Positions 1 to 8,360 of a stretch of DNA of 31,277 nucleotides are shown here, one piece after another (position 1 is the first letter of the stretch; the number at the start of each line of letters is the position of its first letter). Made by a program: the position numbers and the translations under genes. The stretch is from Myxococcota bacterium (GTDB lineage: Bacteria > Myxococcota_A > UBA796 > CAJQPC01). The DNA lies in the NCBI GenBank assembly GCA_036012755.1, contig DASCPX010000008.1:1-31277 (forward strand), given 5' to 3'. The notes below the pieces were generated by a model that was not told where the DNA came from, searched no databases, and saw only the letters and a list, made by a program, of their open reading frames with translations.

Positions 1-24
1 CACATCTTCAACTTAGGAACCGTC

Positions 25-450
25 ATGCTCGTACCAATCCGTTCGATTGGCGCTTTTATGCTGCTCGCCGGCCTAACACTGAGTCCGGCCGTCCAGGCCG
101 CGTGCGGCGCGTCCACGAGCGCGACCAAAATCGTCGTCACACCGCTCACATGCGAGGCCATGGATCCAGAGGACCAGGCAACAATCTGCGGCGACTTTGG
201 GTCGACCGGATCGACCAGCGCCGTCGTAGTCGCCTCAGCACCGCCAACTATAAGTGTCTACGATGATGAGGGAGTCATCACATACACCTGTGTTGACTCC
301 ACTGGATTTGGCGTCTATGAGGCAACCTGGGGACCCGGAAAGATTAAGCTCACCATGACGTCAGCTACCCAAGGGGAAGGACAGATACTCGGAGACTATG
401 GCGCCAACGGTCTGCCTATCGATTTGCGCTACCGTATCACCCTCAAATGA
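25..450 (+). CDS. Hypothetical secreted protein (141 aa), island cargo
   Basis: AGGA upstream of the ATG; signal-peptide-like N-terminus ending in AVQA; 4 Cys; sequence visibly less GC-rich than the rest of the window. No family recognised. Confidence 0.6.
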   Translation: MLVPIRSIGAFMLLAGLTLSPAVQAACGASTSATKIVVTPLTCEAMDPEDQATICGDFGSTGSTSAVVVASAPPTISVYDDEGVITYTCVDSTGFGVYEATWGPGKIKLTMTSATQGEGQILGDYGANGLPIDLRYRITLK

Positions 451-486
451 GAGCGAAGAAGCGCCAATACGAACCGGGAATCCACA

Positions 487-747
487 ATGCCGTTCTGGTC
501 CAGAAAACCCAAGAAGCCGACCTTTAACGAAGCCCAAGACGCCTACAACGCCAGTGTGGACGCATACACGGGATACCTCGTCCAGATGACCAGGGGAATG
601 GGAGCCGGCGAACAGAGCTGGTTTGAGGCCCCCGCCGTGGAAGAACTCGTTCGTCTTCTTACCATCTGCAACACGAAGATGGACATGGTCATCACGGTCG
701 AGCTTGCCGGTGTCCGCGGCAGGCTGAGGGGCGTCACGACTGACTAG
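487..747 (+). CDS. Hypothetical protein (86 aa)
   Basis: Protein-like composition, follows the previous ORF on the same strand. No family recognised. Confidence 0.5.
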   Translation: MPFWSRKPKKPTFNEAQDAYNASVDAYTGYLVQMTRGMGAGEQSWFEAPAVEELVRLLTICNTKMDMVITVELAGVRGRLRGVTTD

Positions 748-777
748 CACTGTGAGGCCGATTCATGGTGGCTATCT

Positions 778-863
778 TGGACACACCCTGGACACATCGG
801 ATGGCGCTACGCGGCTTTTCGGCGCCGATTCAGTCCGGACGCGTCCACTACAACCAATTGATT
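778..863. promoter_or_regulatory. Putative integrase att-arm region: tandem TGGACACA repeats plus IHF-consensus site
   Basis: TGGACACA at 778-785 and 789-796. 851-863 reads AATCAATTGGTTG on the minus strand, matching the IHF consensus WATCAANNNNTTR. Lies ~50 bp before the tmRNA-like core. Confidence 0.55.
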
Positions 864-911
864 TCACTACGCTATCGTTCTAAGTACGCGAAAGCCCGTG
901 GCCCCGCCACA

Positions 912-977
912 CTCCCGCCGCCTCCACCATCTTTTTCCAGTAAAACCCGCCATTTACGGCGGGTTTTCTGGTTCTGG
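912..977 (+). repeat. att-like duplication of tmRNA (ssrA) 3' end plus hairpin, copy 1
   Basis: CTCCCGCCGCCTCCACCA (912-929) is a 3' T-stem, an Ala-type acceptor strand (U70 for a G3:U70 pair) and CCA, without the rest of the RNA. Repeated at 4003-4020. Confidence 0.75.
942..967 (+). terminator. Rho-independent terminator-like hairpin
   Basis: AAAACCCGCC-atttac-GGCGGGTTTT, a perfect 10-bp inverted repeat including A/T tracts. Confidence 0.7.
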
Positions 978-1064
978 AAGGCGTTTTCCGTCACTTTTCC
1001 GCAGGAATCGCGCTGGCTTCAGTGCGTCTCCCTGGACTCTCAGGATGCGCTGGACGCCTAGACG

Positions 1065-1562
1065 CTACGGGTCCACGCCCTTGCAGGCTTCCCATGCCGT
1101 GGCGCTCGCGCCAGAGGCAGCCGTGGTGTCCAACTTCTCGGCATCGTGGAACGTCGCGGCATAGTCCGCGGCTTCCTTGGCCTTGATGGCACCTCCTACG
1201 CTTGACTGCTTTGCCCCTGATGCCGCAGCCAAAGCAGACTGCCAGTGCCCCAGATACCCAATCACTACGTCACACTCGGGGGCTCCCCAGCCATTGTCGT
1301 CACAAATCTGGCGGTAGTAAGCAACCGTCCCAGCCGCCACCACCCGGACGGCCTCCCACGCATCGAACGCCACCTTCTTGGCCTGGGCGCACTTCACTGG
1401 ACCCTCAGCCGCTTCCTGTTGCTTCTCGGCGTCCTGCTGGAGTTCCCCAACCTCCACCTGTAGCGCCTCAACCGCAGCCTCCAGCCGGACAATCCGCTCG
1501 AGTTGTTCCGAATCGGGACCACACGCCGAGAGGAGAAGTAGGACTGGCAAAGAGTAGCGCAT
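1065..1562 (-). CDS. Hypothetical lipoprotein with N-terminal coiled coil
   Basis: MRYSLPVLLLLSA-C lipobox, heptad segment LERIVRLEAAVEALQVEVGELQ, Ala-rich helical remainder with 4 Cys. Confidence 0.7.
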   Translation of the reverse strand: MRYSLPVLLLLSACGPDSEQLERIVRLEAAVEALQVEVGELQQDAEKQQEAAEGPVKCAQAKKVAFDAWEAVRVVAAGTVAYYRQICDDNGWGAPECDVVIGYLGHWQSALAAASGAKQSSVGGAIKAKEAADYAATFHDAEKLDTTAASGASATAWEACKGVDP

Positions 1563-1639
1563 GAGAGGTCCGTAGTATTCGGCGGCAAGAGCCTAACAAA
1601 CCGCCATGGGCGCTATCTCCGCAAGGGAGGGGGCCCAGT

Positions 1640-1694
1640 CTGACAATCAGCATGCGCGATCTGTCCGATTGTCAGGTTCGCAGGTGATTGTCAC
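1640..1694. promoter_or_regulatory. Operator-like repeats (TGACAATC / GATTGTCA x3)
   Basis: CTGACAATC 1640-1648, its inverse GATTGTCAG 1667-1675, and GATTGTCAC 1686-1694, all in a divergent intergenic region. Confidence 0.45.
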
Positions 1695-1804
1695 CCAGAA
1701 CATAATCTCGTCTCCAGCGTGACGATTCCAAGCATCAGTCGTTCAGACAGGTGGCACACACGGCGGAGGTCGCGGCGTGCTGTCACACAGAACCTGGAGA
1801 CCTG

Positions 1805-1970
1805 ATGCACGCTCATCTTCCAACACACACACTCATCCACGCGGAGTTGTCACTCCGTCGTCTCTCGAGCACCGACCTGAGCACATGGACCGGTATCGCC
1901 CCTTCTACGGTGCGTTCCTACCTCTGCGGGGCACGCACGATGTCCCGAGTGGCGTTGGTGGGGATGTTCC
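1805..1970 (+). pseudogene. Truncated XRE/Cro-like helix-turn-helix protein
   Basis: GGAGA before ATG 1805; ELSLRRLSSTDLSTWTGIAPSTVRSYLCGAR fits the XRE HTH pattern. The frame then runs into the antisense strand of istB (open to 2293). Confidence 0.5.
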
Positions 1971-2430
1971 AGGTACCCCATCTCATCGATCACCAGCAGA
2001 TCGATGCGTGCGAGGCGGTTCAGCAGCTTTCGCGACGACCGGTCGGCGAGGCTTGCGTACATGTCGTCGAAGAGGTCCTGGGCCTTGATGAACAGGCCGC
2101 GATGTCCAGCCTCCAGCGCCTTCAGCAGGATGCCGATCGACAGCCCCGTCTTGCCGACGCCGGTCGGGCCGACCAGGACCAGATTGCCGGCGCGGTCCAT
2201 GAAGTCGAGGCGCGCCAGCTGCTCGATGACGGCGCGCTGCACGCCGGGCTGACGGTCCCATGGGAAGGACTCCAAGGCCCACCTCTCGGGTAGCTTCGCG
2301 CGGCCGATGCGGTGCCCCAGAAAGCGGGTCTGTTGGCAGTCGTACTCGGCGCGCAGCAGGTCGCGCAGGAACTCGGCGTAGCTGGGGCCTTCGTTCTCGG
2401 CGCGCTCGAGGTGCTCGTCGAGGATTGTGT
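1970..2430 (-). mobile_element. istB: IS21-family helper ATPase IstB, internal fragment
   Basis: SYAEFLRDLLRAE, RAKLP..LESFPW, Walker A GPTGVGKT, Walker B LLVIDEMGYL. Similarity stops right after GYL, the N-terminus is missing and no istA lies nearby. Confidence 0.85.
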
Positions 2431-2762
2431 CGCGACGGACGGGCCGGACTGCGCCCTGAGTGGGAGCGAAGGCCAGAAAGGGACCCTCGGAGGTGCCAAC
2501 TAGCGCCCCAGGCATGAGCCTGAAGCCCGGCTGAGCCACCAAGGCGACGGGTGCGGGGCTCTCGCCCGGAATGCTGCTAGCTTGGGAGGGGCCTAATGCT
2601 TCCTATCCATGCTGCCTGGTGGCGTCAGCGCGAGGAGAGCTGAAAGACCACGTTTGTCAAAGGACTTCCAGGACTATGTCCCCGTCAGGACGACGGCGGT
2701 CGAGCCCTTGGCTGGTACCGCCATTGGTCAATGAGGCAACAGCCAGCCCAGTAGCAGGAGCG

Positions 2763-3806
2763 TCATGGGTCGAGAAGCAGGTGGTCGAGGAAGACCACGT
2801 CCGAGAAGTCCCGGCTGTCGCTGAGTAGCGCCACGACCAGCTGCTCCTGAGGGATAACGTAGAGCCGCTGACCGCTGGCGCCAGCGGCCACTACCAGGTC
2901 GGTGTGCCCCTCGGCGTGGAAGATCGGGCCCTCCTCCTCGATGTCCGCATTCACGGTCAGCGCCGGGTCGTCGCTGCCCACTGGCTGGTTCAGCCAGACG
3001 CTCAGACCGTAGGCAGGGTTCGGCGTGCTGCCTGTGCCACAGGTGGCCAGGGTGCCCTCGGGCAGCACCCGCTCCCCCTCCCACATCCCGTCGTCCCGCA
3101 AGAGCACCCCGAAGCGGAGCCATTCGGCCGCCGTGGTCCAGGTGCCGAGATGGACCAGGAGGGTGCCGGAGGGGTCCCGCTGCCACCCCGCCCAGCGGAA
3201 ACCGATTGGGGACAGGACCTGGGCGTCCAGCCAGTCCAGCACGTCGCCGTCCAGCTTCTCCTCCATCAGCCCGGAGAAGAGGAGGAGGTGGACCGGGGAG
3301 TACTCGAAGACCTCGCCAGGAGGGTGGGCCTGGGGCTGTGCCAGCGTATACGCCACCTTGTCCTCGGTGTGCTGGTCCGCGTACCAACTGTCCCTCTGTA
3401 GCGCCCAGAAGTCGTGCTCCACCCCGCTCGTGAAGTTCAACAGGTGGCGGATCTGCATGTCCTGCTGCTCCTCCCGGATCTCTAGGGTGTCGGAGACTGG
3501 CTCGTCTAGTGTCAGCAGGCCCTGCTCGACCCCCTCCATCGCGAGGGCGCAGGCGAAGGTCTTGGTACCGCTCCAGAGCGGATGCGGCGTGCTGGCAGCG
3601 TTGCCGTTCGCGTACTCCTCATAGACGAGGGCGTCCTGGTGGACCACCAGCATGGACAGGCCGCCCACCGAGGCGTGGTAGCTGCGGGCTGCCTCGAAGC
3701 GTGCAGCCCAGCTGGCGTCGGCCTCCTCGACCGCCCATGGGTGCTCGGGCTCGATTGAGGTGGTGTAGGAGACTCGCTCGCGACAGGCCAACAGCAGCAA
3801 CCACAT
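2763..3806 (-). CDS. Serine hydrolase, beta-lactamase/AmpC-like family, lipoprotein
   Basis: SxxK (WSGTKT), IRHLLNFTSG, PGEVFEYS, AxG motif (AAGASGQRLYVIP); N-terminal MWLLLLA-C. Confidence 0.88.
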   Translation of the reverse strand: MWLLLLACRERVSYTTSIEPEHPWAVEEADASWAARFEAARSYHASVGGLSMLVVHQDALVYEEYANGNAASTPHPLWSGTKTFACALAMEGVEQGLLTLDEPVSDTLEIREEQQDMQIRHLLNFTSGVEHDFWALQRDSWYADQHTEDKVAYTLAQPQAHPPGEVFEYSPVHLLLFSGLMEEKLDGDVLDWLDAQVLSPIGFRWAGWQRDPSGTLLVHLGTWTTAAEWLRFGVLLRDDGMWEGERVLPEGTLATCGTGSTPNPAYGLSVWLNQPVGSDDPALTVNADIEEEGPIFHAEGHTDLVVAAGASGQRLYVIPQEQLVVALLSDSRDFSDVVFLDHLLLDP

Positions 3807-4002
3807 GCTTACAGCATACCGCTGATTACCGCCAATGCTGTCCGCTTCGTGTTGGGTCCAGCTACCCGAGGATAGACCACGAGCACGCCGCGAGCTGGAC
3901 TACACCGACGGCCTGGGCGCCGAGTCCGACAATCTCACCACGCACTCCACCGGCTCGACCGTGCGGTCCCTCCCTTCGGTCGGACTTTCGCCCAGCTTCG
4001 CT

Positions 4003-4070
4003 CTCCCGCCGCCTCCACCATTTATTTGCCAGTAGAACCCGCCAGGTACGGTGGGTTCTTCTCGTTCTGG
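4003..4070 (+). repeat. att-like duplication of tmRNA 3' end plus hairpin, copy 2
   Basis: Identical 18-mer CTCCCGCCGCCTCCACCA (4003-4020), followed by hairpin AGAACCCGCC-aggtac-GGTGGGTTCT and GTTCTGG, as in copy 1. Confidence 0.75.
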
Positions 4071-4152
4071 GGGGCGACTCCGCCGAAACCCACCAGATGG
4101 GTGCCCACTTGCGGCCCGCTTCCTGGCTCGTGTCAGCGACCCAGGCGCCCAG

Positions 4153-4905
4153 TCAGGGCAGCGGAGAGGCCCCCATCATCCACGCGTGACCCCACAGGGC
4201 CAGGCCAAAGGCCGCGAGACCCACCAACGAGCGCCAGCCGATGCCCGGCAGGTCCAGGCGACAGCGTCCTCGGATGACCGCCGCCAGCGGCACGAAGGAG
4301 GTCTGGCGGGCGAAGCCAGCCCACTGTTCGGGGTGGCTGCGGGAGCGTCTGTGGTCGATGTGGAGGCTGCCAAGGATGGCCAGGGCGAGCAAGCCCCCGA
4401 AGAACAACACAGACGCCAGGTCCCCGTTCGGGAAGAGGTGGGCTCCCGCCCAGAGCGCGACGCCCCAGTTGGCCGGATGCCGCGTGATGGTCTGGATTCC
4501 GACAGGGCCCGCGGCCATGGCGTCCTCCTGGCCGGTCTGGGTCCCGCTGCGGGTCGTGTAGCCGGCGACGAGCATCACGAAGGCAACCGGCATGACGACC
4601 AGCGGCACCCAGCGCTGCCACGGAGCAGGGGCCCAGACCTCGAGGTAGGGCGCCTCGGACCAGGCCCAGATCATCCCGACAAGAGCAAGGGCCATCGGGG
4701 CCGACAACAACCCCTGCTGTCCCTTCGGCCCCAGGCGCCGGATCATCGCGTCGCGCACCCACTCCATGGTGCCGACCAGGTGCAGGAGCACGAAGGCACT
4801 CGAGCACAACCCGAGCAACCAGAGCCAGGGGACCGGGTCTGCCTCGGCATCCTCGACCGCGGGAGCGGCTGCCAGGGCGGCACTCATCAACAGGAGACTG
4901 GTCAT
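4153..4905 (-). CDS. nnrU: NnrU-family membrane protein
   Basis: Signature ITRHPANWGVALWAGAHLFPNGD and TSFVPLAA, several TM helices. Start placed at MTSLLL (4905) to avoid overlap with the divergent gene. Confidence 0.85.
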   Translation of the reverse strand: MTSLLLMSAALAAAPAVEDAEADPVPWLWLLGLCSSAFVLLHLVGTMEWVRDAMIRRLGPKGQQGLLSAPMALALVGMIWAWSEAPYLEVWAPAPWQRWVPLVVMPVAFVMLVAGYTTRSGTQTGQEDAMAAGPVGIQTITRHPANWGVALWAGAHLFPNGDLASVLFFGGLLALAILGSLHIDHRRSRSHPEQWAGFARQTSFVPLAAVIRGRCRLDLPGIGWRSLVGLAAFGLALWGHAWMMGASPLP

Positions 4906-4939
4906 GGCCCACCGCTTGCTCTCGGGAGGATAGATCCAC

Positions 4940-5281
4940 ATGACCATGAACGAGCTCCAGAGCGACCTCGAGCAAGAGCAGAGAGCCGGCGAGGAGCGGG
5001 TGCTGCGCTGCCGGCGGTGCTCCTCGGAGCTGGCCGACGCCGAGCACGAGATCCCGGCCAGCCGGCGCGCCTACATGAACCCCCACGGCCTGGTCCGCGA
5101 AATCGTCGCCCTCACGGACGCGCGAAACGTCGTCGGTGACGGCAGGCGCCACGCCGAGCACAGCTGGTTCCCCGGCCACACCTGGGAGGTCCTGTTCTGC
5201 GCGAGCTGCCAACACCACGTGGGCTGGCGCTTCGAGGGACCGGAGATCTTCTACGGTCTGCTCGTGGAAGCGCTGGCCTGA
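4940..5281 (+). CDS. Cereblon-like CULT domain protein
   Basis: Two CxxC Zn pairs (CRRC, CASC), NPHG motif, HSWFPGHTW and HVGWRF providing the three cage tryptophans. Confidence 0.9.
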   Translation: MTMNELQSDLEQEQRAGEERVLRCRRCSSELADAEHEIPASRRAYMNPHGLVREIVALTDARNVVGDGRRHAEHSWFPGHTWEVLFCASCQHHVGWRFEGPEIFYGLLVEALA

Positions 5282-5344
5282 GGCCACCTGTGCGCGTCGC
5301 GACAGAACAGGGTAGGTCTAAAAAGACCGTCTGTTGGAGATCCC

Positions 5345-5566
5345 ATGGCGAAGTCCCGACCCAGTGTCCAGAAGCGCCGCGCCGAGGCCGCCAAGCTCGA
5401 GAAGAAGCAGGCGAAGGCTGCCCGCAAGGCCGCACGGGATGCAGCCAAGGCCGACCGCACCGCCGAAGCAGGCGTGGACCCTGATCTCGAGGGCATCGTC
5501 GGCGGCCCGCAGCCCCGACTCTACGAGGGCGGGGACCCCATCTGGCACGACGACGACCTCGCCTAG
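5345..5566 (+). CDS. Small hypothetical protein, basic N-terminus and acidic C-terminus (73 aa)
   Basis: GGAG RBS before the ATG; K/R/A helix followed by DPDLEGIVGGPQP; GC3-rich codons. Confidence 0.7.
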   Translation: MAKSRPSVQKRRAEAAKLEKKQAKAARKAARDAAKADRTAEAGVDPDLEGIVGGPQPRLYEGGDPIWHDDDLA

Positions 5567-5598
5567 CAAAGAAGGCCACAGGGAGTAGCATCACGGGC

Positions 5599-6894
5599 AT
5601 GCCCGTCAGCTCGCTCGACCTCGTCCGCCACTTCCAGACACGCACGGCTGAAGCCAGCGGCGTCCTCGACCACACGACAGAGCTCTCCGAGAGGATCGGA
5701 GCAGCACGAGAGCAGGTGCTCGCGGAGCGCCAGGAGGCGCTCGCGGCGCTGGCCCAGGCCTACCTGCCCGCCCTCGAGCGCCAGGCCCTGCAGCGGGCCG
5801 AGAAGCTCACCGGCTTTCGGGGCTTCACCCGGCGGGATCCCCTGCAGGCCCTGGCCCACCAGGCGAGCGTCCTGCAAAAGACCGTCGCCCGCATAGAGGC
5901 AGACGAGCGCTACCAGCGCCGGCAGTTCCTCGTCGGTCCGCACGGGGAGTTCACGACAGAGCTCGAAGAGCGGACCTCGCTCCTGGAGCCCTGGGACAAG
6001 GAGTGCGAGCGCTTCGAGTCCCAGCCCGGCTTCGAGGAGCTGCTCGAGACCCGCTACGACACCGCCGAATACGGCGTCTCCTTCTTCGACGCCCGCTACT
6101 GGCGGCTCTGGGCGGCTGGGGACCGGATCTGCAACGCCCTGGAGATGGACGACTTCGGCGACGACGTGCTGCCAGCCTATGGCAAGGCGGCTGGGGAGCG
6201 CCTCAAGTGGCTGCGCCAGGTCAAGGAGACCCAGGACGAGATCGACGCCGTGCACGACCTCGTCCAGCGATACGACGCGGCGCTGGCCATGCAACCTCGT
6301 CTCCCCGAGACCATGCTCTCGACTTGCTGGGGTGCCCTCGCCGAGCACCTCGAACACGCCGACGCCGCCCTGTTGGAGCAGTGGCTCGGAGACCCACCCG
6401 ACCGGGCGCTGCTCATCGCCTTGCGCCGGATGGCCGGCCAGGGTGCGAAGGTCGAGTTCCTCGACGAGTTCGCCTCCGGGCTCGAAGCCCAGGCCACCGC
6501 GCTGCAGACCCGCCTCGCCAAGTACGAGCGCAAGGCCCGGAAGTACTCTCGCGGGAAGTACGTGGGCGCCCACTTCGACGAGTCGAACATGGACAGGAAG
6601 TTCGGGGACAAGTCCAAGAAGATGCGGTCGAACCTCCAGAAGACGCAGGTCCTCGTCGATCGCATGGTGCGCTACGACACCTACGAGCGCTTCTCCCTGT
6701 CCAATGACCCCGAGCTCTGGTGGTACGAGTTCACCCGCAAGCGTCCGCCGCGTCACTGCCCGAGGCTCCGCAGCTGGTACGACCGCAACCCCGACCGCTC
6801 GCCCAAGGTGGACGTCGAGGAGCGCGAGGCGCGGGCCGTCGCAGCCGCCACCGCGGCCCAGGCAGAGGAAGAGGACCTGGGGTACATCTCGTGA
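5599..6894 (+). CDS. Hypothetical alpha-helical/coiled-coil protein (431 aa), first gene of the rSAM operon
   Basis: Strong GC3 bias, E/R/A/L-rich heptads, no signal peptide or TM segment. Stop overlaps the next start (GTGA). Confidence 0.85.
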   Translation: MPVSSLDLVRHFQTRTAEASGVLDHTTELSERIGAAREQVLAERQEALAALAQAYLPALERQALQRAEKLTGFRGFTRRDPLQALAHQASVLQKTVARIEADERYQRRQFLVGPHGEFTTELEERTSLLEPWDKECERFESQPGFEELLETRYDTAEYGVSFFDARYWRLWAAGDRICNALEMDDFGDDVLPAYGKAAGERLKWLRQVKETQDEIDAVHDLVQRYDAALAMQPRLPETMLSTCWGALAEHLEHADAALLEQWLGDPPDRALLIALRRMAGQGAKVEFLDEFASGLEAQATALQTRLAKYERKARKYSRGKYVGAHFDESNMDRKFGDKSKKMRSNLQKTQVLVDRMVRYDTYERFSLSNDPELWWYEFTRKRPPRHCPRLRSWYDRNPDRSPKVDVEEREARAVAAATAAQAEEEDLGYIS

Positions 6895-8360
6895 GTCGAC
6901 TGGTCGTCGTCTCCTACGCCATCAACGGACGGGGCATGGGACACCTCACGCGCCAGCTGGCGATCCTCCGCTGGGTGCGCAGGATCGGCCTGGCGCTGGA
7001 CCGGAGGGTCGAGTGCTGGGTCCTGACCAGCTCGGAAGCAGACACCCTGGCCCGCCGCGAGGGCTTCTGCTCCTTGAAGATCCCCTCGAAGGCGATGTTC
7101 CGGGACGCGGGCATGGAGCCGGCCCGCTACCTCCGCATCGCGCGAGCCTGGGTCCTCAACGCGGTGGCCGGACTCCAACCAGATCTGTTGCTGGTGGACA
7201 CCTTCCCAGGCGGCTCCTTCGGCGAGCTGACAGCTGTCCTCGAGCTCGCGAAGAGGCGCGTGCTCGTGGCCCGAGCTGTGCGGCCGGAGTTTGCACGACA
7301 GGACGCCTACCAGGCGCTCCTTCCGCTCTATTGTCGCGTCATCGTGCCAGAGGCCAGCGACGTCGGCCCCATCCTGCTGCGCGGACGGGACGAGGTCCTC
7401 TCACGGGACGAGGCCAGGCGAAGGCTGGGGGTGTCACGCCGCACGGTCTACGTCTCCCTCGGTGGAGGCGGGGATGACAGCGCCGACACCGTCCTCCCGA
7501 CCCTGGTCGAGGCGCTCCGGGGCAGCTGGGACGTAGTCGTCGGGGCTGGCCCGCTCTACACGGGCGCAGAGATGCGCGGAGCCGGGGTGGTCTGGATGGA
7601 CCGCTACGTGCCGGCGGAGCTCTTCGCCGGCCTGGACGCCGCGGTGAGCGCCGGTGGCTACAACAGCTTCCACGAGCTGATGCACCACGGGGTCCCGACG
7701 GTCTTCCTGCCCCAGGCCCGCATCGCAGACGACCAGCACCTCCGAGCCGAGCGAGCCCGGGCTGCGGGCGCGGGACGGGTAGCGCGAGACCTCGGCGAGG
7801 TCCCGGGGCTGCTCGATGATCCCGGCTCCAGCGAGGCCGCGAGAGCGCTCGTTCCCCACAACGGCGCCAAGGCGGCAGCCCTCGCAGCGCTCAGGGGCCT
7901 GATCCCGGACGCAGAGCTCGACCACGCGGACGCGCTCTTGGACGCCGGCTTCGTCCGCGTGCTGGACCGAGCGGGGCCGGAGCTCGTGAAGCTGGTCGGC
8001 GGCGCCGCGCCGGCGGAGCGCTTCCTGGAGGTCTGCGACCAGTACGGGGTTCACCAGGAGGGCCCCTCGCTGCTGAAGAGCCTCGGGCGCAAGTTCCCGG
8101 CGGCGACCCCGGGCCAGCTCCTGGACGCAGCAGAGGTGCTCTTCCCGGTCTGGGCGGGCTTCGACGACTGGATGGGGGCCGTGAGCCTCCTGCGCGCCGT
8201 GCCGACCCAGCGCAGCTACAGCATCGGCCGCTTCGCTCGCGACATGGCCGCGTGGCTGGGGGGCCAGGAGGACCTCTTCGACGCCCTCCGCGACTTCACG
8301 CGCCTGGAGGGACGAGGCCGAAAGGCGGTGGCGTCCGTCCTCACAGAGCTGTCGCCGTGA
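6891..8360 (+). CDS. GT-B glycosyltransferase (MurG/GT28 C-terminal-like) with helical C-terminal extension
   Basis: GTG start overlapping the upstream TGA; NGRGMGHLTR, PDLLLVDTFP, VSLGGGG, AVSAGGYNSFHE, DDQHLRA. Confidence 0.82.
   Translation: MSRLVVVSYAINGRGMGHLTRQLAILRWVRRIGLALDRRVECWVLTSSEADTLARREGFCSLKIPSKAMFRDAGMEPARYLRIARAWVLNAVAGLQPDLLLVDTFPGGSFGELTAVLELAKRRVLVARAVRPEFARQDAYQALLPLYCRVIVPEASDVGPILLRGRDEVLSRDEARRRLGVSRRTVYVSLGGGGDDSADTVLPTLVEALRGSWDVVVGAGPLYTGAEMRGAGVVWMDRYVPAELFAGLDAAVSAGGYNSFHELMHHGVPTVFLPQARIADDQHLRAERARAAGAGRVARDLGEVPGLLDDPGSSEAARALVPHNGAKAAALAALRGLIPDAELDHADALLDAGFVRVLDRAGPELVKLVGGAAPAERFLEVCDQYGVHQEGPSLLKSLGRKFPAATPGQLLDAAEVLFPVWAGFDDWMGAVSLLRAVPTQRSYSIGRFARDMAAWLGGQEDLFDALRDFTRLEGRGRKAVASVLTELSP

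Noticed and set aside
2431..2760. Possible ncRNA or ORF 2571-2828 between istB and the serine hydrolase
   Set aside because: No convincing RBS, codon bias, motif or structure that I could support.
3960..4110. Intact tRNA or permuted two-piece tmRNA (CCA end followed by GGGGGCGAC at ~4070)
   Set aside because: No GGTTCRA T-loop or 5' T-stem before the 18-mer, and no recognisable tmRNA 5' domain (TTCGAC) after GGGGGCG. Only a 3' fragment is supported.
5345..5566. RiPP precursor peptide for the rSAM operon
   Set aside because: No recognisable leader/core pattern, and no RRE, peptidase or transporter in the operon. A separate -10-like box precedes 5599. Not fully excluded.
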